A DNA stretch of 64,000 nucleotides from Candidatus Latescibacterota bacterium (GCA_965203805.1 OZ241917.1:5312001-5376000), one strand, 5' to 3'. Shown: positions 9,070-18,934, counted from the stretch's first letter. The notes: generated from the letters alone by a model not told the origin. Numbers and translations: made by a program.

Positions 9070-10026
9070 ATGACGGAGTTGTCAGGACTCGGGCACATTA
9101 AAAAGGCCAATCTCCGTGCGGCTTGGCCTAATGAAAGCGAAGATTTCACGCCTTGGCTTGCGGACAACATTTCCGAACTCGGCGAGGTCCTTGGAATGGA
9201 GCTGGAAATACAATCTCGAGAGGCGAGAGTCGGAGCGTTTTCGCTGGATTTATTGGCTCATGAGCCGGGAACAAATCGTACGGTCATGATCGAAAATCAG
9301 TTGCAGCGGACTGACCATGATCACCTGGGAAAGCTCCTGACTTATGCGGGGGGCTGCGATGCCCAAGTCATAGTATGGGTCGCGAAAGAATTCAGAGACG
9401 AACACCGGCAGGCTATCGACTGGCTGAACGAACGTACCGACGAAGAAACGGAGTTTTATGGCATCGTTGTTGAGGTATGGACTATTGACGATTCTCGCCC
9501 TGCTCCTTACTTCAATTTGATTGCAACTCCAAACGAGTGGCAGCGCGAAGCTAATGAAACGATACGTTTGGTCAATACTTCGGATAGGAATTTGCGTTAT
9601 AAGTCATTCTTCCAAAGGCTTATCGATATACTCAGAGGGCAAGGGTTTACGAACGCCTCCAAGGCGCAGCCTCAGAGTTGGTACATGTTTGCGGCGGGGT
9701 ACGGAGAACGCGCTCAATATGCTGCCTGCTTCGGTCAGGGAGGAACGGTCAGGGTTGAAGTCTACATCAACTCTAACGATCGGGAATGGAACAAGAGTCT
9801 GTATGATCAGCTTTTGAACAAAAAAGATCCAATTGAATCGGATCTTAAAAATACTCTCGGTTGGGAGCGTTTGGATCACAGGCAAGCCTGTCGCATCAGC
9901 TTAACGCGTCAAGGTAGTATTGACGACGACGATAAGGCCTTGGAAGAGATTACAGACTGGTTAATTTCCAATCTCTTGGAGCTTAAACGAGTATTTGGAC
10001 CACACCTTGACAAATTGGCGAGATGA
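9070..10026 (+). CDS. NucS/EndoMS-like PD-(D/E)XK domain plus DUF4268 protein
   Basis: WPNESEDFTPWL, LDLLA...IENQL...DHDHLGKLLTY, C-terminal LGWERLDHRQACRI. Confidence 0.85.
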   Translation: MTELSGLGHIKKANLRAAWPNESEDFTPWLADNISELGEVLGMELEIQSREARVGAFSLDLLAHEPGTNRTVMIENQLQRTDHDHLGKLLTYAGGCDAQVIVWVAKEFRDEHRQAIDWLNERTDEETEFYGIVVEVWTIDDSRPAPYFNLIATPNEWQREANETIRLVNTSDRNLRYKSFFQRLIDILRGQGFTNASKAQPQSWYMFAAGYGERAQYAACFGQGGTVRVEVYINSNDREWNKSLYDQLLNKKDPIESDLKNTLGWERLDHRQACRISLTRQGSIDDDDKALEEITDWLISNLLELKRVFGPHLDKLAR

Positions 10027-10068
10027 CCGCGCCTCACACAAGAGAAAGTGCCAAAACGGTGGCACGGT

Positions 10069-10199
10069 TCCACGTCTAACGTTCGGTCCCGCAGGGAAAC
10101 GTGCTGGGAACGGATGACGCCCTTGAAGGCGGCGACGTACTGCCCGGCTTCCGCACTCGCGTCCAACATCTATTTTACCGGGATCGAATATCGAGATGA
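10069..10199 (+). pseudogene. Remnant 3' end of a Uma2 paralogue (direct repeat A, copy 2, runs to 10212)
   Basis: Translates HV*RSVPQGNVLGTDDALEGGDVLPGFRTRVQHLF; TAC to TAA stop, and many differences from copy 1 are synonymous. Confidence 0.85.
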
Positions 10200-11902
10200 A
10201 CTTTGAATTTGCTCTTTCGCCCGACTTCGTCAATTTCTACTGCATCGGTATTGGCGTCTTCTTGGTTGCCGCACTCGGGTGGCTATTTCGCCAGGTTGGT
10301 CCCCTTTGGTCGAAACTAGGCCGAGCAAATAGAGACCTTGAGAATCTGAATGGACAGGATGGATTTGCCCACGGATTCGAACGCTATCGTCGCATAGTCG
10401 AAGAGAACTTTGGACTGGCGTGGACGGAATTCGAGGAGACGCTGATTCTCCCCTCACCGGAGTCCGGTGATCCGATTCGCAACACCAGCGAAGTTTCCCG
10501 GTACCTGAACGACGCGACGATTGTCTTCCCGAAGATATCTTCCGGTTTCTACCAGGCGGTCCCAAACCTGCTGACCGGTTTTGGCATCCTCGGCACGTTT
10601 GTTGGTCTTGCCGCCGGCGTAGGTGCAGCCAGTTCCGGTCTGTCTTCCAGCGTACCCGCTGAAATTACGGCGGCACTTCAGCAACTCTTGGGTGGGGCAT
10701 CTCTAGCGTTCTCAACATCGATTGCCGGGATCGCTGCTTCCATAATATTTCTAATTGTGGAACGCGCTGCCACGCGCAAGCTCCATAAAGCGCTGGTCGA
10801 TTGGGTCGGAGCCATAGAGTCACGCATGGAGCGAGTGACGCCGGAAGGTGTCGCACTGCAACAACTCGAGCAGGCGAGACGTACGACGACGCAACTCGAA
10901 CGATTTAACACCGAGTTGATTTTCTCTCTTGAGAAGGCGCTCGATGAGAAGATAGCCGGTCGCATGGCGCCGTTGCTCGAGCAATTGGTAGAAGCCGTCG
11001 AGCAACTTCGCGCGGACCGGTCGACTGACAGCGGTCGTATGATCAACGATGCGCTCGACAGGTTCACGGCAGCTATGCAAGAGGGGGCGGGATCGCAGTT
11101 CGAGGAGATGGGGTCTATCGTTGCAGATCTGAACCGTACCCTCCAGGACTCGGCCGCCGGAATGGCTCAGTCGCAGCAGGACGTCCGCACGGCGCTAGAT
11201 TCGGTCCTTACAGCAGTAAGGACCTCGATGGATGAAAACGCAAGCGCTATGAATAAGACGTTGCAAGAATCGCTGGGTGACATCACACGCGCCGTCACGG
11301 CCGCTTCTGAACAAATGGCAGAACGTATGACCACATCCAGCGCGACGGCTGCGGCTGAAATGTCGGATACCATCGGGTCCGTAACTCGATACCTTCAGTC
11401 CGCAGCGGAGACTCTCGATCTGTCCACACAGCGAAGTGAACAGGTCCTGAGCGGCATGACGGCGTTCGTCGAAGAGCTCAATGAACTGCGCGGTACCATA
11501 GAATCGACGCACCGGCATATAGAGTCCGCGGCGGGACCCGTGGTAAACGCCGCCCGCGAGATCCGCGAAGCGAGCGACAGGACGGCCGAGACGTTGTCGA
11601 CGACGAGCAACTTGGTCGGTCGCGTCGACGAGATTGTGAATGCGCTCAGGCAGCACCAGGAGTCGATAGCAAGTGCCTGGACGCGATACCAGGAGCGATT
11701 CGAAGACATCGACGAGTCACTTGCAGCGGTTTTCCGACAGATTGACGAAGGGCTGTCGGGGTATTGCGAGCAAGTAAAGGAGTTCGCAAACGAACTTGAC
11801 AAGACGACGTCCGGGACCATCAGAGATCTGGCTGGGGCAACGGCAGAACTCAGCGAGTCCATTGAGGACCTGATCCCGCGTCTTCCGGGATCGTCGCAAT
11901 GA
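10196..11902 (+). CDS. zorA: Zorya protein ZorA (MotA/TolQ/ExbB-like TM domain plus long helical tail)
   Basis: VPNLLTGFGILGTFVGL and AFSTSIAG TM motifs, more than 300 aa of heptad-like tail; first gene of a four-gene operon. Confidence 0.9.
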   Translation: MNFEFALSPDFVNFYCIGIGVFLVAALGWLFRQVGPLWSKLGRANRDLENLNGQDGFAHGFERYRRIVEENFGLAWTEFEETLILPSPESGDPIRNTSEVSRYLNDATIVFPKISSGFYQAVPNLLTGFGILGTFVGLAAGVGAASSGLSSSVPAEITAALQQLLGGASLAFSTSIAGIAASIIFLIVERAATRKLHKALVDWVGAIESRMERVTPEGVALQQLEQARRTTTQLERFNTELIFSLEKALDEKIAGRMAPLLEQLVEAVEQLRADRSTDSGRMINDALDRFTAAMQEGAGSQFEEMGSIVADLNRTLQDSAAGMAQSQQDVRTALDSVLTAVRTSMDENASAMNKTLQESLGDITRAVTAASEQMAERMTTSSATAAAEMSDTIGSVTRYLQSAAETLDLSTQRSEQVLSGMTAFVEELNELRGTIESTHRHIESAAGPVVNAAREIREASDRTAETLSTTSNLVGRVDEIVNALRQHQESIASAWTRYQERFEDIDESLAAVFRQIDEGLSGYCEQVKEFANELDKTTSGTIRDLAGATAELSESIEDLIPRLPGSSQ

Positions 11903-12780
11903 CGAGCGGCCATAGACCAACGGGGGACGCGGGTTCCGAAGGACAGAGCTATCTCGCAAGCGTAAGCGACCTTGTGTCCGCACTCATTTTTGTATTTATC
12001 ATCATGCTGGCCGTGTTCGCGTTCCAACTCGCAAACGTAATCGAGGATCAGGCTAAGGTCACGGAGGAATTGACCGCTTCGGACGAAACTCGCAATCGAA
12101 TGCTCCAGGACATCAAGAGCCGGCTTGAGGAATCCGGAATGCGGGTCCAGGTACTGGCTGATCAGGGTATCCTGCGGCTTTCAGATAACGCGATCAACTT
12201 CCCGTCCGGTAGTGAGATTCCGGTTCCGGAACACCACGTAAACGTTGGACGGCTCGCCCAAGCTATTGCCGAGGTGGTACCTTGTTATGTCGCTCCCACA
12301 GAGTCCGTCTCGCCAGCCCTGGGTGATGGCGACAGTATTGACGTGGAGCACGGCGACGACTCACCCGTTTACTGCCAGCCTAAGGCCGATCCTACTGGCT
12401 ATCCATGTAGAGATCGGGAGTATCCCTGGCTACTCGAGACTCTGCTGATAGAGGGCCACACTGACGACGTTCCGGTCGCGGCTGGCAACCGCTTCCGAGA
12501 TAATCTTGAGTTGGCGTCGATGCGGGCGGCAACAGTCCATCGCATGATCGCCGTGTGCGAACCTGGATTGGAAGGCCTTCTGAATACGGACGAGTATCCC
12601 ATTTTGAGCACAAGCGGGTACGGCTACGCGCGGCCCGTTACCCTCGACCCGGAGCGGGCTCGTGACAACCGCCGCATTGACCTGAGATTTCTGCTCGAAC
12701 CTCCGGCGGGTGCGCTGCACCAGAAGGAACCGGAGGTCCAGACCGACGTCCGCGAAAGGTATGATGAGGAATCACCGTGA
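11899..12780 (+). CDS. zorB: Zorya protein ZorB (MotB/OmpA-like)
   Basis: TM helix with conserved Asp (SVSDLVSALIFVF), IEGHTD, NLELASMRA, NRRIDLRF; ATGA overlap with zorA. Confidence 0.92.
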   Translation: MTSGHRPTGDAGSEGQSYLASVSDLVSALIFVFIIMLAVFAFQLANVIEDQAKVTEELTASDETRNRMLQDIKSRLEESGMRVQVLADQGILRLSDNAINFPSGSEIPVPEHHVNVGRLAQAIAEVVPCYVAPTESVSPALGDGDSIDVEHGDDSPVYCQPKADPTGYPCRDREYPWLLETLLIEGHTDDVPVAAGNRFRDNLELASMRAATVHRMIAVCEPGLEGLLNTDEYPILSTSGYGYARPVTLDPERARDNRRIDLRFLLEPPAGALHQKEPEVQTDVRERYDEESP

Positions 12781-14564
12781 AGACGCCCTCCCTAAAGGAG
12801 TCGCTGGAGCGCTGGACCTGCCCACGAAAGCTGCCACATCCCTTCGATCCGCAGAAAACGCGAAAGGCAGCCGCAGAAGCAGCGGCGGTGCTTGGCGACG
12901 TCGAGTCGAGGAAACCATCGAATTACGACTTGGCGACCCTGCATTTGCGAATCACGGAATCATGGCGCCAATCCCGAACTCTTTCGGAGATTAAGCCCCG
13001 GGATTTGCGCCGACTGCCCTGGGTTCTGTTTTACCCGCCAAAACAAAAGCGTACCGCTTGGCTGGGTGCCGAACCACGCGTCCTTGAGGCATACCGTCGC
13101 TGGTTGATCGACCGTCCCCGGACTCGCCCCGTGCTGGCGTTGCTGCACGAGTTTCTGCGGGTATACCCGGTCGGACTTCGGACCTTTGGCGATCTGAGAA
13201 AAATATTGTATGGGTCCGTCAATGACGGGTCATCGCCGCCTCCGTCTTTACAGAAATGGCGAAAACGGTGCCTCGATTGGGAACTTCTCAGGATGGGTGG
13301 CGATCGGTCGTTCGTGCAAAACCTTGTCTCCGCCTCCGATGCCATTGACGACATCCTCTGCCGTGCGGGGCTCAACGGCGGACTCGCGCAATGCGGGTTC
13401 CTGAATTCGGGCATCCGGGCCTACCTCCGGCACGCAGAATCCCTTTTGATCCAGAATCGCCTCAACGCCGCAGATCTCGACCGGTTGCTCACTCTGCTCG
13501 AATTCGAGGGCAAACTGCGATTCGACGACACGGCCATGCGTACCGAAGTCGCTACAGCTTTGCTCAGACCCTTTATCGAGAGTCAACCAGATCCTGCGAC
13601 GCGAGAACGCATGCAACCGTTTTTCTTGCGCCATTACCGCGACCCTCGCCTGGGGTCAGGAAGACACAAGTGGTCAGGCATTCCCGACGAGATCCGCCGG
13701 GTCGTGATCCGTTGGCTCGTGGAACGCGCCCTCGAACAGTTCTTCTTGCTCGTCAAGGAAACGGCGCTCGACCGGCACTGGCGCTACCGGGAAGCATTCT
13801 GGCGGGCCTTTCACGAACACGATCTGATCGATGACATCTGGTTCATTTTGGGTCGGAATGCGAAAGAAATGCTCCGGAAGAGGAATACGAAGAACGACGA
13901 GACTGAAACGACCGCCGAACTTCTAGGCGCTCAGGGCGACCAGTCGGTTCTTCTCCTGCGCATGTCCGGCGTGACGATTGCCGAATGGAGCCATAACGGT
14001 AGTTGCAGAATATGGCTTGATGGCAATGGGAACGCCCCTAATTTGTATCAAGGTAAAGCCTATTTCGGTGACGATCTGAGGAGCGGTTCGGATTTCTCTC
14101 AACCCCATGTCCGCAGTCAGGTTGGCCTCTGGCAGGACAAAATAGCACAATGGTTGCGTGACAATACCGGCGTGGAGATTGCTCATTCCGAGTATTTCCC
14201 GGACCGATTGCGAAAACGCGAGACCAATCGCTACCTGAATGCCACAACGTCGACCCGGAGTTCACGAAGTCAGCCCGCAGCAGCAAGCCGCAGTGGCCGC
14301 CAGCCACAAACCAATCGAAAACAATCAACCGCAGCAGCGCTTAGTGAGTTGCAAAGGGTTCGAGCCGCTGTCAGGGCCTCCCACAAGAGCCGAGTGAATC
14401 TACGTGCATTCATGAAGCCGACGTCACCAGCCTGGGCCGCTTACGTGGAGGACCACGGGGTGCCGGGCTATGGGACGCGGTGGAGAACGGTGCTCCGTCA
14501 ACTTAACTCGACGATCGAACGTCTGAATGAACGTCCAGGAATTTCCAGCAACTGGTCGACATGA
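12777..14564 (+). CDS. zorC: Zorya protein ZorC (EH-signature domain)
   Basis: DPRL..W, YREAFW and IAEWSHNGSCRIW EH signature; GTGA overlap with zorB. Confidence 0.88.
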   Translation: MKTPSLKESLERWTCPRKLPHPFDPQKTRKAAAEAAAVLGDVESRKPSNYDLATLHLRITESWRQSRTLSEIKPRDLRRLPWVLFYPPKQKRTAWLGAEPRVLEAYRRWLIDRPRTRPVLALLHEFLRVYPVGLRTFGDLRKILYGSVNDGSSPPPSLQKWRKRCLDWELLRMGGDRSFVQNLVSASDAIDDILCRAGLNGGLAQCGFLNSGIRAYLRHAESLLIQNRLNAADLDRLLTLLEFEGKLRFDDTAMRTEVATALLRPFIESQPDPATRERMQPFFLRHYRDPRLGSGRHKWSGIPDEIRRVVIRWLVERALEQFFLLVKETALDRHWRYREAFWRAFHEHDLIDDIWFILGRNAKEMLRKRNTKNDETETTAELLGAQGDQSVLLLRMSGVTIAEWSHNGSCRIWLDGNGNAPNLYQGKAYFGDDLRSGSDFSQPHVRSQVGLWQDKIAQWLRDNTGVEIAHSEYFPDRLRKRETNRYLNATTSTRSSRSQPAAASRSGRQPQTNRKQSTAAALSELQRVRAAVRASHKSRVNLRAFMKPTSPAWAAYVEDHGVPGYGTRWRTVLRQLNSTIERLNERPGISSNWST

Positions 14565-14684
14565 GCCGTACCAAAATACCGTTGTTCCGTTCGATCCCGC
14601 GACTGGAAAACCGGCCGATATAATTCAGAAGATCCCTGGTTTGGACCGGGGCGGCGCATATCCCGGAACCGTGGAGCATATTCC

Positions 14685-17642
14685 ATGCCGAACCACTTTG
14701 TGAATGAGCCGACGCCGTCCGGCCTGATTGTAAAGATGGCAGGCGATCCTCCGTTTCCCGTAACGGAGTGGACCGCACATGCAGACGCAATCCCGGGTGC
14801 CGGAGCCCTGATTAGATTGCGCGACGACGGCGGTGCGTCAGAATGCGACAACGGTACGGCGCTCTGCGTCTCCTGGAAAACAGTCGCCGGACTGACGTCA
14901 GACGAATTGCGGTACACCGGTCTTCCCGATGCTGCACCCTTTGCGCTCGAGGTGTCGGCGAACGGCGCCATTCACGATCCTGATTTCGAAATCCGCTGCG
15001 GCTACGTTCGGCTCGGTCGCCGCGTCCTCGGGGTTCAGCGCGATGGCGCCTGGCTTCGTGTCGGCGGTGACGAATTTGTGCTGCTGGATCCGCTGTACTC
15101 CATCGCCGACGCCATTGACCGTTTCAATCGGGCCGACAAGAAGGATCTCGAAGCCCGAATGCTCCGGTGGGGACGGGTCGCGGAGATGCTGCCTGACGAC
15201 ACCGTTGTCAGCGACGAAAACCTGAGGTCGTTAAGAATCTCCGTGGCGTCAAGCTTTGAACTCGATCCGTTCGTGAACGACGACGGCGAACCCGACTTCG
15301 ACCCGGTCGTCGGCCGGCGCGAAACCCGTGTCAACGAGGCGGGGGAGGAGGAACAGGTGTTCGCTGGTGCTTTACCGCTCGCTCGTCAGAAGGAGTTTGC
15401 GAGGAGATTTCGCGGCCTTTCTGGGGTGAAGCAACGGTACCTCGCCGGGGGCGGCAGCTACGTTGTTCTGACACCGGAGGTCGAGCGGGCTCTGGACGTG
15501 GTACGGCGCGCTCAGGACGGGAGTGCCGACGAGCGCCGCGATTTCCTGCGTAACGTCAGCGGGTACCTTCGAGGCGCATTCGATGAAGATGACAGCGACG
15601 AGGTTGAACTCGACAGCGTCTTCAGCGACGACGGTCTGAGTGAACGGGTAAGGGGCGTCGGCATCTGGGTCGACAAGGTGCTCCCCTGGATAAAACTGGC
15701 TAAGGAGCCCTGGTTGCCGCCCGACGAATTGGGGATTCTTATCGACGGAAGGCGCGTGGTTATTCCGCCAGAAGCGCTTGATGGTGTCTGCGATCGGCTT
15801 GAGAAAGCGATCGAGTGCGGCAAATCGACCGTTGGGATCGTGATCGATAATAAGCCCTTTGAAATCCCCGCGAACAAGGCCACGCTAAGTACCCTTGAAG
15901 AATTGGTCTCTCGGTCAAACCAGAAGCCGAAACGCAAGCAAACAGACAGCGTTAAACCGGTCGAACCCGCAGACTCCAGTCAGGTTCTGGAGGTCATCGA
16001 TAACCTTGATGAAATCCAGTTCCGCCGTGAACGCAGGCCCTGCAGGCCCGGCATCCTGGCCGCCGATCCCGCCTTGCAGACCGAGCTTCTACCGCACCAG
16101 CAGATAGCTCTCTCGTGGCTGCACGGTCACTGGGAAGCCGGAAACTGGGGCGCCCTGCTCGCTGACGATATGGGCCTCGGAAAGACGTTTGAAGCGCTGG
16201 CTTTTCTCTCGAGTCTGAAAGCTTACTCCGAAACTGGGGGCTTGCCGCACCTGCCTGTCCTTGTCGTCGCCCCGACCGGTTTGCTCCGGAACTGGATGGA
16301 CGAACACGATAAGCATCTTTCAGGTGCCGGACTCGGACATGCCGTCGAAGCGTATGGCATTGGTTTGCGGGATCTCAAAAAGGGCGCGTTCGGACGGGGC
16401 GACGAGCTCGCTGGTGGACAACCGATGCTGAACCTCCATCCCCTGAAGACCGCCGACTGGGTGCTCACCACCTATGAAACCCTGCGTGACTATCAACATA
16501 GCTTCGGCCGTGTACACTGGCGCGCGGGCGTCTTCGATGAAGCTCAAAAGATCAAGAATCCCGGTGCACGCCTCACCGATGCGGCGCTGGCCATGAACAT
16601 CGATTTCACGTTGTTGTTGACCGGTACCCCCGTCGAAAATCGACCAGGAGACATTTGGCCGATGGTCGACCGTGTTGAGCCGGGGATGTTCGGGACCCTG
16701 AAGGAATTCAGCCAGCGGTACGAAGCGGTCGGCGAAGACGGCGCCGCGGCGCTCGCGGAGTTGCATCAAAGGCTGACGGCCGAGTCCGAGGCGCCGGCGT
16801 TAATGCTGCGGCGGCTGAAGGAGGAACACATCCCGGAACTTCCGGAAAAGGAAGTGCACAGGCGCGTCGTGGAGATGCCGAAAGAGCAGGCCGAAGCGTA
16901 CGCGGAGATTGTGATGAAAGGCGAATCTGACAGAAACATGCTCCAGACGCTCCATCAACTTCGAAGCGTCTCGCTACACCCGGCGGCGCCGGGCAAGTTC
17001 GACACCGACAAGTACATCCTGGCGTCTGCGCGGCTGTCCGAGGCGTTCCGGATTCTGGATCGGATCGAAGACCTCGGCCAGAAAGCGCTGCTCTTCGTGG
17101 AGACGCGCTGGATGCAGGACTTCCTCGTGGGGGCGCTGAGACGACGTTTTTCATTGTCCGAGGACGTGCTTGTCATCAACGGGACGGTGGCCGGCAGAAG
17201 CCGTAAAGCGCGAGTCGATACGTTTCAGGAACGGAAAGGGTTCGACGTAATGATCTTGTCGCCGCGTGCCGGCGGAGTCGGCCTCACGTTGACGGCAGCA
17301 AACCATGTCATTCATCTCTCCCGATGGTGGAACCCGGCCGTCGAAGATCAGTGTACTGACCGGACTTTTCGTATTGGCCAGCGGCGGACGGTGCACGTGT
17401 ACCTTCCTATCGCTCGTCACCCGGACTTTGGAGACTTCAGCTTCGACATCAAACTCGACAGCCTGATCGAAAACAAACGGGAGATGAACCGTCGGGTGCT
17501 CGCACCTACAGCGGCGACAAAAGGGGACGTAGGCGAACTCTATCGAACCACCATAACGGAAGCACGTCGCGGCGATGCTGAGACTGATATGCAGGACGAT
17601 CAGGTTGACGTCGATTTAACGGAGCCTGAGGCCTTAGAATGA
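14685..17642 (+). CDS. zorD: Zorya protein ZorD, SNF2-family helicase, terminated before its nuclease domain
   Basis: LADDMGLGKT, DEAQKIKN, LTGTPVEN, AGGVGLTL, WWNPAVEDQCTDR; position after zorC. Confidence 0.9.
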   Translation: MPNHFVNEPTPSGLIVKMAGDPPFPVTEWTAHADAIPGAGALIRLRDDGGASECDNGTALCVSWKTVAGLTSDELRYTGLPDAAPFALEVSANGAIHDPDFEIRCGYVRLGRRVLGVQRDGAWLRVGGDEFVLLDPLYSIADAIDRFNRADKKDLEARMLRWGRVAEMLPDDTVVSDENLRSLRISVASSFELDPFVNDDGEPDFDPVVGRRETRVNEAGEEEQVFAGALPLARQKEFARRFRGLSGVKQRYLAGGGSYVVLTPEVERALDVVRRAQDGSADERRDFLRNVSGYLRGAFDEDDSDEVELDSVFSDDGLSERVRGVGIWVDKVLPWIKLAKEPWLPPDELGILIDGRRVVIPPEALDGVCDRLEKAIECGKSTVGIVIDNKPFEIPANKATLSTLEELVSRSNQKPKRKQTDSVKPVEPADSSQVLEVIDNLDEIQFRRERRPCRPGILAADPALQTELLPHQQIALSWLHGHWEAGNWGALLADDMGLGKTFEALAFLSSLKAYSETGGLPHLPVLVVAPTGLLRNWMDEHDKHLSGAGLGHAVEAYGIGLRDLKKGAFGRGDELAGGQPMLNLHPLKTADWVLTTYETLRDYQHSFGRVHWRAGVFDEAQKIKNPGARLTDAALAMNIDFTLLLTGTPVENRPGDIWPMVDRVEPGMFGTLKEFSQRYEAVGEDGAAALAELHQRLTAESEAPALMLRRLKEEHIPELPEKEVHRRVVEMPKEQAEAYAEIVMKGESDRNMLQTLHQLRSVSLHPAAPGKFDTDKYILASARLSEAFRILDRIEDLGQKALLFVETRWMQDFLVGALRRRFSLSEDVLVINGTVAGRSRKARVDTFQERKGFDVMILSPRAGGVGLTLTAANHVIHLSRWWNPAVEDQCTDRTFRIGQRRTVHVYLPIARHPDFGDFSFDIKLDSLIENKREMNRRVLAPTAATKGDVGELYRTTITEARRGDAETDMQDDQVDVDLTEPEALE

Positions 17643-17915
17643 TGGGTAATCAAGAAACTCTCTAAAGCCGGCTGCGTTACCCGCAAAAAGCCGCGGAGTG
17701 GCGACGCTGGAGCTGATGGTCTGGCGCTATCACGCAGTCGTGACGAACCACACACGGTTATTTTGCAGTGTAAGCACATGCAGCCAGAGGCCAAGTGCGG
17801 TCGAAGCGCGTTCCAGGAAGTGTTGAATTCACTACCCGCGTACGAAGACGTAATTCGCGGCGAAGCACGTCTGATGGTCGTGACAAACGGCGCCGGCTTC
17901 ACAGCGAAGCGATAA
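17643..17915 (+). pseudogene. In-frame, stop-separated Mrr-like nuclease domain of ZorD
   Basis: After TGA 17640-17642 the frame continues for 90 codons: WVIKKLSKAG...RSGDAGADG...VILQCKH...QEV...Y...LMVVTNGAGFTAKR*. Confidence 0.85.
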
Positions 17916-17931
17916 AGCCCAGGACATAGAA

Positions 17932-18570
17932 ATGAAAATTGCTATTTGTCTGAGCATTTTGATATTTGGCGGACCTCCTATTAGTGCTTTAGCTTTTGAA
18001 TCTGCTATTTATCCAGGAGAAAGTGCATATCTCGGTCCTGGGTCACGCCCATTTAAAGGTGGGAAAATGGTGCTTCGATACGCTCCTTTTTCATTGAGTA
18101 GTGTCGCAGACACCATCCACATTCCACCTGAGACTACTCTTAAATTTAATAGAGTTCGTTTCCGAACTGTTGTTCCAGGTCTTTTTCTTGTTCAAACATC
18201 TGGTACTCTGGGCGGCGAAGTATTGGGGAAAGTATTTTATGCCGGAAGACAATACGAATCACAGAAAGACACCCTTAATTTCGCAAAAGGCGACACTATT
18301 GAATATCTTCAATACACTGGTGAGGCTTGGAAATTTTTGCGTTTAAAAGGTGTGGTGTCATATGTAAAACACATAACCCCATGGGGAGACGTAAGATTTA
18401 AAGAATTACGCAGACTTCAATTTGAATTGTGGTTTGAATTAGTAGATTCGGAAAATAATGTTCGCGGGTGGTATGAAGTAACGGACGAATTCTATAAACC
18501 GTGGCCATATCCGGACAGTACCGCATGGCCAGAAACAGAATGGTTGGAGCCAAATCCATTTGAATTTTAA
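17932..18570 (+). CDS. Hypothetical exported protein, AT-rich
   Basis: 212-aa ORF with signal-peptide-like N-terminus (MKIAICLSILIFGG...ALA) and AGGA RBS; no family recognised. Confidence 0.65.
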   Translation: MKIAICLSILIFGGPPISALAFESAIYPGESAYLGPGSRPFKGGKMVLRYAPFSLSSVADTIHIPPETTLKFNRVRFRTVVPGLFLVQTSGTLGGEVLGKVFYAGRQYESQKDTLNFAKGDTIEYLQYTGEAWKFLRLKGVVSYVKHITPWGDVRFKELRRLQFELWFELVDSENNVRGWYEVTDEFYKPWPYPDSTAWPETEWLEPNPFEF

Positions 18571-18652
18571 GCAGAGGTTCCGTATGACCTGGGTAGATGA
18601 CCGACATAAGACGCATTGACCGAAACCGCACTCCGGGTTCCCTATCGAAGGG

Positions 18653-18934
18653 ATGAAACTCATGCACAAGATCAACCTCCACGAAGCAAAGGACTGTCTC
18701 GCGTCACTCGTTAGAAAAGTGGCTGATGGCGAGGAAGTGATTATTACCGACGAAAGCGGTCTGGCATTTAAACTCGTCCTTTTGGGACAGGCACCCGGTT
18801 CACAGGACGACATTCGAGGGAAGTTCTTCGATCCCGAAGGCTTGTGGGAACATGCGAAACCAATAACCTTTGAAGATATCGCTGAAGTGCGAAACGAAAT
18901 GTGGCGGAAGTTCGATCAGATGGATCAAGCATGA
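18653..18934 (+). CDS. Phd/YefM-like antitoxin
   Basis: INLHEAKDCLASLVRKVADGEEVIIT prevent-host-death motif; start may be 18662. Confidence 0.8.
   Translation: MKLMHKINLHEAKDCLASLVRKVADGEEVIITDESGLAFKLVLLGQAPGSQDDIRGKFFDPEGLWEHAKPITFEDIAEVRNEMWRKFDQMDQA

Noticed and set aside
10196-12780. Flagellar MotAB or ExbBD/TolQR, or a chemoreceptor
   Set aside because: The long ZorA tail plus downstream EH-signature and SNF2 genes define Zorya; no flagellar or chemotaxis genes nearby
17640-17642. Selenocysteine or alternative genetic code at the ZorD TGA
   Set aside because: The position is not a Cys site in Mrr-like domains, no clear SECIS hairpin was seen, and many genes here end in TGA
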